DNA from: an uncultured delta proteobacterium
GTDB lineage: Bacteria; Desulfobacterota; Binatia; UBA9968
Assembly (NCBI GenBank): GCA_963771465.1
Contig: CAVYTU010000017.1
Span: 896,001-960,000 of the forward strand
Reading direction: 5' to 3'
DNA length: 64,000 nucleotides
The notes below the pieces were generated by a model that saw nothing but the letters and a program-made list of their open reading frames with translations, was not told the DNA's origin and did no database searches. Both the position numbers and the translations under genes were made by a program. This document shows, piece by piece, positions 59,418-64,000 of the stretch. Each line of letters starts with the position of its first letter. Positions within the stretch are counted from its first letter, which is position 1.

Positions 59418-60137
59418 CTAGGATCGCTTTACCGCTACATGCATGCAGACCGCACCGCAGAGAAATTTCCGAATCGCGACTTCTTGGAAACCCGCCTCAG
59501 AAATCATGGTGGCAACCGTCTCAGGCGAATAAAAACGCTTAACTGAATCGGCCAAATATTGATATGCTTGTCGATCGTTCGACAGCAGGCCGCCGATCCA
59601 TGGCATCATTCGGTAGAAATAGATCGCGTAAAGTTTGGCGAACCGGCCCGGCGAAGGTGGAAACATGTCTAACGAGACCAACTTGCCCCGCGGTTTGAGT
59701 ACGCGAAAGGCTTCGGCAAAAAATACCGGCAAATCCGAGACGTTGCGCAGCACAAAGGCGGTCATCGCGCCGTCGAAAGTACGATCGCGCAGGGGGGCCG
59801 CCATGGCGCTGCCTTGAATGAACGCGGTGCTAGATCCGTGGGGCGCATCGGCGCGCTTGCTTTGCGCTCGTCGGACCATTTGCAGGGAAAAGTCCAGACC
59901 GATGATGCGCGCCTTGCCCTTGGCAATTCGAGCCGCGTTGAACGCTAGGTCGCCGGTCCCGGTGCCGAGATCGACTATAGACGGATTCTCGCCGCTCAGC
60001 ACCGTGCGGATCGCTTGTGCTCGCCACCAGGTGTCGAGGCGAAAACTGATGACGCGATTGAGGAGATCGTAGCGTCCGGCGATCCGGTCGAACATGCTTT
60101 GAACGGCTTGGTCGCGCGGATGGCGGGCAGCGGACAT
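59418..60137 (-). CDS. menG: Demethylmenaquinone methyltransferase (UbiE/MenG)
   Basis: MFDRIAGRYDLLN, DLGTGTGD, LRNV, AYQYL..S. Confidence 0.9.
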   Translation of the reverse strand: MSAARHPRDQAVQSMFDRIAGRYDLLNRVISFRLDTWWRAQAIRTVLSGENPSIVDLGTGTGDLAFNAARIAKGKARIIGLDFSLQMVRRAQSKRADAPHGSSTAFIQGSAMAAPLRDRTFDGAMTAFVLRNVSDLPVFFAEAFRVLKPRGKLVSLDMFPPSPGRFAKLYAIYFYRMMPWIGGLLSNDRQAYQYLADSVKRFYSPETVATMISEAGFQEVAIRKFLCGAVCMHVAVKRS

Positions 60138-60179
60138 TATGAATCTGAGAGATAAAGTGAGCAGGACCCGCGTGCCAGG

Positions 60180-61223
60180 TTAGAAATCGCGGTCGATGAT
60201 TATCTGCACCAGAGTTTTGAGGCCGTTACGATAGAGCGATGGCGGCAGTTTCTTGATCGATTTAAGCGCTGCTTCGGCGTAGCGTTTAGAGAGCGCTTTG
60301 GCTTCTTGGATCGCCGGCCCATTTTTTATCGCATTCAAAGCCGCCCTGATTTGATCTTCCGTCGGCTGGCTGCAATCAAATGCTTCACAGACGGTGGCGT
60401 CGCCATTTTTCATGGCGAGAATGATCGGCAGCGCCGGATTACCGTCGCGTAGATCCATGCCCGTCGGCTTGCCGAGCAGGTCGGGATGGCCGACCACATC
60501 GAGAACATCGTCGACCATTTGGAAGGCGATGCCCATGTTGAGTCCGTAGCGCTCGGTTTCGTCGACTAATGCGGGGCTGGCGCCCGCGAGATAGGCGCCG
60601 ACTTTTGCGCCGGTGTGAAACAGCGAAGCGGTTTTTCGTTTAACGATCTCGACGTAATCGTCGAGAGTCACGCTGCGGTTTCGGTTAAAGTGGCCTTGCA
60701 ATATCTCACCCTCAGTGAGCAACGTGCAGGCGTCGGCGGTCCACTGGACTACGGTTTCGTCAAACTTACCGGCGAATTCGAATGCTTTAATAAAAAGAAA
60801 ATCGCCCGCGACCAAGGTCGATTTCATGCCGAACTTTTTAAATGCGGATTCTTTACCGCGGCGCGTATCGGCACCGTCGATAATGTCGTCGTGTAGCAAA
60901 GTGGCGGTGTGAATGAGCTCGATGGCGGTGGCGATGTCGACGATGTCGCTGATGTGTTTTCCACCAAAGGCGGCGTAGGCGAGCAGGGTGACCATCGGCC
61001 GCACCCGTTTGCCGCCGCCGTAAATCAGATGACCCGAAATGTCGGTCAGTTCCTGCTCGCGCGAGCGAATCGCTCGCACAAGATTCTCTTCGACGAGTTT
61101 GAGTTCGTCGCTGACGAAGCTAAACGGATCGTTGGCGCCTTGGAATAGTGGAATTTTACGATCGTGTTCCGCCGCCGGAACGGACTTAGCTTTGATCGTT
61201 TTAGATTTGCTTTCTGGAATCAG
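60180..61223 (-). CDS. Long-chain polyprenyl diphosphate synthase, probable non-canonical start
   Basis: GGKRVRP, LHDDIID..RRG, KTA, FQMVDDVLD; frame open to 61262 with no ATG/GTG/TTG above 61079. Confidence 0.85.
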   Translation of the reverse strand: MIPESKSKTIKAKSVPAAEHDRKIPLFQGANDPFSFVSDELKLVEENLVRAIRSREQELTDISGHLIYGGGKRVRPMVTLLAYAAFGGKHISDIVDIATAIELIHTATLLHDDIIDGADTRRGKESAFKKFGMKSTLVAGDFLFIKAFEFAGKFDETVVQWTADACTLLTEGEILQGHFNRNRSVTLDDYVEIVKRKTASLFHTGAKVGAYLAGASPALVDETERYGLNMGIAFQMVDDVLDVVGHPDLLGKPTGMDLRDGNPALPIILAMKNGDATVCEAFDCSQPTEDQIRAALNAIKNGPAIQEAKALSKRYAEAALKSIKKLPPSLYRNGLKTLVQIIIDRDF

Positions 61224-61458
61224 AGAGGCTCCGTCGGCTGGGAAAACTTTGGAGGCAAAATGTCATAGATCACCAGCGAGGTCAAGCTGATCTCACGCTC
61301 CGACGAGCGTGAGATACTCGCGGTGACAGCGTTTTAGAGCGAGAAACCGAGTTTTTTCCTTGACAATCTTGAGCCCCAACTAATATATAACGGCGAAGAG
61401 TTGCAATCGTTCAGGCGCTAACAATTCACGGGGTGTAGAGAAGGGAGCGGAGGTTAAT

Positions 61459-62166
61459 ATGGAATTTACATTATTTATTTTGCGGTGGATTCATTTCATG
61501 GCCGGTGTGACCTGGATCGGCATTCTTTATTATTTCAATTTCGTGCAGACGCCGTTCTTCGCGGAGACCGAAGCGCCTGTGCGTGTGGGCGCGATTCAAA
61601 AACTTGTGCCACGTGCTTTGTGGTGGTTTCGTTGGGGCGCGATGATTACGTTTCTCGCGGGTATCGCAATCTATGTGATCCGCATGGGTGAGATGGGCGG
61701 CGGGCTATTTTATTCATCCGCTTACGGCGTAACGATCACGGTTGGCGGTCTGATCGGAATTTTGATGTTCTTGAACGTATGGCTGGTCATTTGGCCCAAA
61801 CAGCAAATTGTCATGGCTTCGACAAATCAAGTTGCGTCTGGCGGACAAGCATTGCCGGAAGCGGCCGGCGCGGCACGGCGCGCGGCGTTGACTTCACGCA
61901 CCAACACGGTGTTCTCCATCCCGATGCTCTTTTATATGGGTGCCGCGAGTCATTACGGTTCGATGGTGGGAGCGTTGAATCCCGGCGGCGGTTCAAGAGG
62001 CTTTTTCTGGCTGCTGGTATTTGTCATCATCGCCGCAGTGGAGTGTAACGCGCTCATTGGCACACAGGGCTCAACCAAAGTGCCGTTGGATTCGGTAAAA
62101 GGCGCGCTTTGGTGTGGTTTTCTGATGACCGGTATTTTATTTCTGCTAACCCTCGGTCTCAGCTAA
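61459..62166 (+). CDS. PuuD/urate-oxidase N-terminal-like membrane protein without cytochrome c domain
   Basis: RWIHFMAGVTWIG...YFN, WWFRW, NVWLVIWP.Q, SRTN, SH. Confidence 0.8.
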   Translation: MEFTLFILRWIHFMAGVTWIGILYYFNFVQTPFFAETEAPVRVGAIQKLVPRALWWFRWGAMITFLAGIAIYVIRMGEMGGGLFYSSAYGVTITVGGLIGILMFLNVWLVIWPKQQIVMASTNQVASGGQALPEAAGAARRAALTSRTNTVFSIPMLFYMGAASHYGSMVGALNPGGGSRGFFWLLVFVIIAAVECNALIGTQGSTKVPLDSVKGALWCGFLMTGILFLLTLGLS

Positions 62167-62178
62167 GCACGAGGAGTG

Positions 62179-62532
62179 TTATTGAGCTAGATAAGCGGCT
62201 AAATACGGAATCTCGTCTTTTAAGAACGGGAACTGCGGCATCACCTTGGTCGGCCGTTTTGGTTTATAGTTAGGCGGGTAGCTGGTGCTTAGAACCCGTG
62301 CTTGGAGAAGTTCCCTTGAAGATCCTTTGATGGCAGGGCCGAGCGGTCCATCGCGCGATGGATCGTTGTTGTGGCAAGCGACACAGTTGGCCAGGTACAC
62401 GGCCCTGCCTTTTCCCACGTCGGGATTTCGCTTTGACGCGGCATCGTCGGCGTCATTCGAACAGGATGCCAGAAAAAAATAGATTCCCAGCAAAAGTGTT
62501 GATCGCTTAGTCGACCGCGTCATAGCCCGCAT
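62179..62532 (-). CDS. Monoheme cytochrome c lipoprotein
   Basis: LASC lipobox; CVACH; distal MP. Confidence 0.85.
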   Translation of the reverse strand: MRAMTRSTKRSTLLLGIYFFLASCSNDADDAASKRNPDVGKGRAVYLANCVACHNNDPSRDGPLGPAIKGSSRELLQARVLSTSYPPNYKPKRPTKVMPQFPFLKDEIPYLAAYLAQ

Positions 62533-62779
62533 ACCTCGCTGCCGTTTACTCTTTAATATCGCTACTAAGGCCGAACGCTGGGCCGTATCGAAGTGAGATC
62601 ATTCGCGCCGCAAGCGTCTCGGTTGTATTTTTTGGTTCTCCGCCGCATTTTGAATTGATCTGAATGCCAGCGTTGATAGCGGGTCCGAGTTGGCGCGAAG
62701 TTGCTTCAAACATGGAGGGAAAGGAGTCGGTCGAGGTTAGAGAATCTGAGATTTGTATGCTAACTAATGATTGATGACT

Positions 62780-62866
62780 TGGTGCGAAAGGGGGGAATCG
62801 AACCCCCACGGCTGTTACCCCACAGGATTCTGAGTCCTGCGCGTCTACCAATTCCGCCACTTTCGC
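62780..62866 (-). tRNA. tRNA-Leu (CAG)
   Basis: GCGAAAGTGGCGGAATTGGTAGACGCGCAGGACTCAGAATCCTGTGGGGTAACAGCCGTGGGGGTTCGATTCCCCCCTTTCGCACCA; long variable arm. Confidence 0.95.
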
Positions 62867-62946
62867 GCAGTATAACCGACCAGCGAGTCACTTTTGTAAC
62901 TTGGGGTCGGCCCCTTGTCAAGGTGAGCCGGAGGTTTTACGGTGGC

Positions 62947-63456
62947 ATGACTCGTATTTTATTAATCGAACCTGATCGAATGTTGCAACACGCGTTTACC
63001 ATGGCGCTTTTTCCTGAGCATCAGGCGAAAGTCGCGTATTCGATTCCCGAGTCGACACCGGAGGAGTCCGATTTATTAATTGTCGACGCCGTCGCGTTGC
63101 AAAGCCGAGAGGCGATCTCAGCACAGCAATTACGACTTCTTGCCGCATGGAAGTTGCCAATGATTTGGATCGGCGGCAATCAATTAATTCCAGCGGCGAT
63201 TCGTGACCAGGTCGTGGGCATCGAGCCGCCGCTGATGAAGGAAGGCTTGCAGCGCGCGTTAGTGGAGTGCTTGGGAAAAACCGCGATTCCGAAGCGCGAT
63301 GGCGATGCGGCGGCACGCCGAGGTGAAACACGCGCGGTCGCCAAGCCAAGAGCGATGCGCAAGACTCATGCTGCGCCGAGCGACAGCGGCAAATTCATCG
63401 AGCTCGTCGATGTCGTCGAGGAAGTTTCCGCGAGCGAAAATCTGCAAGCCAAATAA
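62947..63456 (+). CDS. Degenerate receiver (CheY-like) domain protein
   Basis: RILLIEPD, DLLIVD; low-complexity tail ending FIELVDVVEE. Confidence 0.55.
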   Translation: MTRILLIEPDRMLQHAFTMALFPEHQAKVAYSIPESTPEESDLLIVDAVALQSREAISAQQLRLLAAWKLPMIWIGGNQLIPAAIRDQVVGIEPPLMKEGLQRALVECLGKTAIPKRDGDAAARRGETRAVAKPRAMRKTHAAPSDSGKFIELVDVVEEVSASENLQAK

Positions 63457-63469
63457 TTAGCAGTGCGTT

Positions 63470-64000
63470 ATGCAATTATCGAAAGCTTATAGCCACCGGG
63501 AGATCGAGCAAAAGTGGTATGCCCATTGGGTGAACTCCCGGTTGTTCGAGCCGGCGCGAAACGCCGCCGACTATTTTTCCATCGTCATCCCACCGCCCAA
63601 TGTCACCGGTTCGCTGCATATGGGGCACGCGCTCAACAACACGCTGCAAGACATTCTCTGCCGCTACCAGCGTATGGACGGCAAGCGTGTTCTTTGGGTG
63701 CCCGGCACCGATCACGCCGGCATCGCGACCCAAAATGTCGTCGAACGTCAGCTCGCGCAAAAGGGTACGAGTCGCGCGCAATTGGGACGCGAGCAATTCA
63801 TCGAAAAAGTCTGGCAGTGGAAAGAGGAAGCCGGTAACGCGATCTTACATCAGCTCAAAGCGCTGGGAGTTTCCTGCGACTGGAGTCGTCAGCGCTTCAC
63901 CATGGACGAAGGTCTATCGCGCGCGGTGCGCGAGGCGTTCGTCCAACTTTGGGAAGATAAGCTGCTCTATCGGGCGCAAAGGTTGATCAACTGGTGTCCG
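63470..64000 (+). CDS. valS: Valyl-tRNA synthetase, 5' part
   Basis: MQLSKAY..., [36 protein letters not shown]; runs off the window end. Confidence 0.95.
   Translation, partial: MQLSKAYSHREIEQKWYAHWVNSRLFEPARNAADYFSIVIPPPNVTGSLHMGHALNNTLQDILCRYQRMDGKRVLWVPGTDHAGIATQNVVERQLAQKGTSRAQLGREQFIEKVWQWKEEAGNAILHQLKALGVSCDWSRQRFTMDEGLSRAVREAFVQLWEDKLLYRAQRLINWCP

Noticed and set aside
62540-62780. Integrated element at tRNA-Leu
   Set aside because: No integrase or duplicated tRNA 3' end was seen downstream.

Overview
GC-rich bacterial chromosomal window; the gene style resembles Deltaproteobacteria-like lineages such as Binatota (inference). Core genes include aroE, prkA-yeaH-spoVR, an RfaH/NusG paralog with a PDZ-membrane-GAF histidine kinase, an RpoD-family sigma factor, many small catabolic enzymes, tenA, the aceE-aceF-lpdA operon with divergent lplA, thrB, cspA, an orphan nuoB, menG, a polyprenyl synthase, tRNA-Met, tRNA-Leu and the 5' end of valS. 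Five accessory features stand out. (1) A 6031-bp element is integrated in tRNA-Met(CAT); its integrase reads antisense through the tRNA, so excision would change the Int C-terminus, and it sits in tandem on the remnant of an older related element. (2) That element carries a metal-handling cassette with a Tat-exported PCYCGC protein whose in-frame TGA forms U-Q-I-C and is followed by a SECIS-like hairpin, a candidate selenoprotein. (3) An operon encodes three apparently exported proteins with normally cytoplasmic conflict or nucleotide folds (zeta-toxin-like kinase, Rhs/ParB-like domain, CYTH+NHL). (4) A Y1 HUH transposase has 20-bp terminal inverted repeats and a stuttered junction. (5) A 5'-3' exonuclease gene has a duplicated, displaced 3' end and is fused to an NRPS carrier domain. 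All family assignments come from motif recognition by eye; no searches were run.
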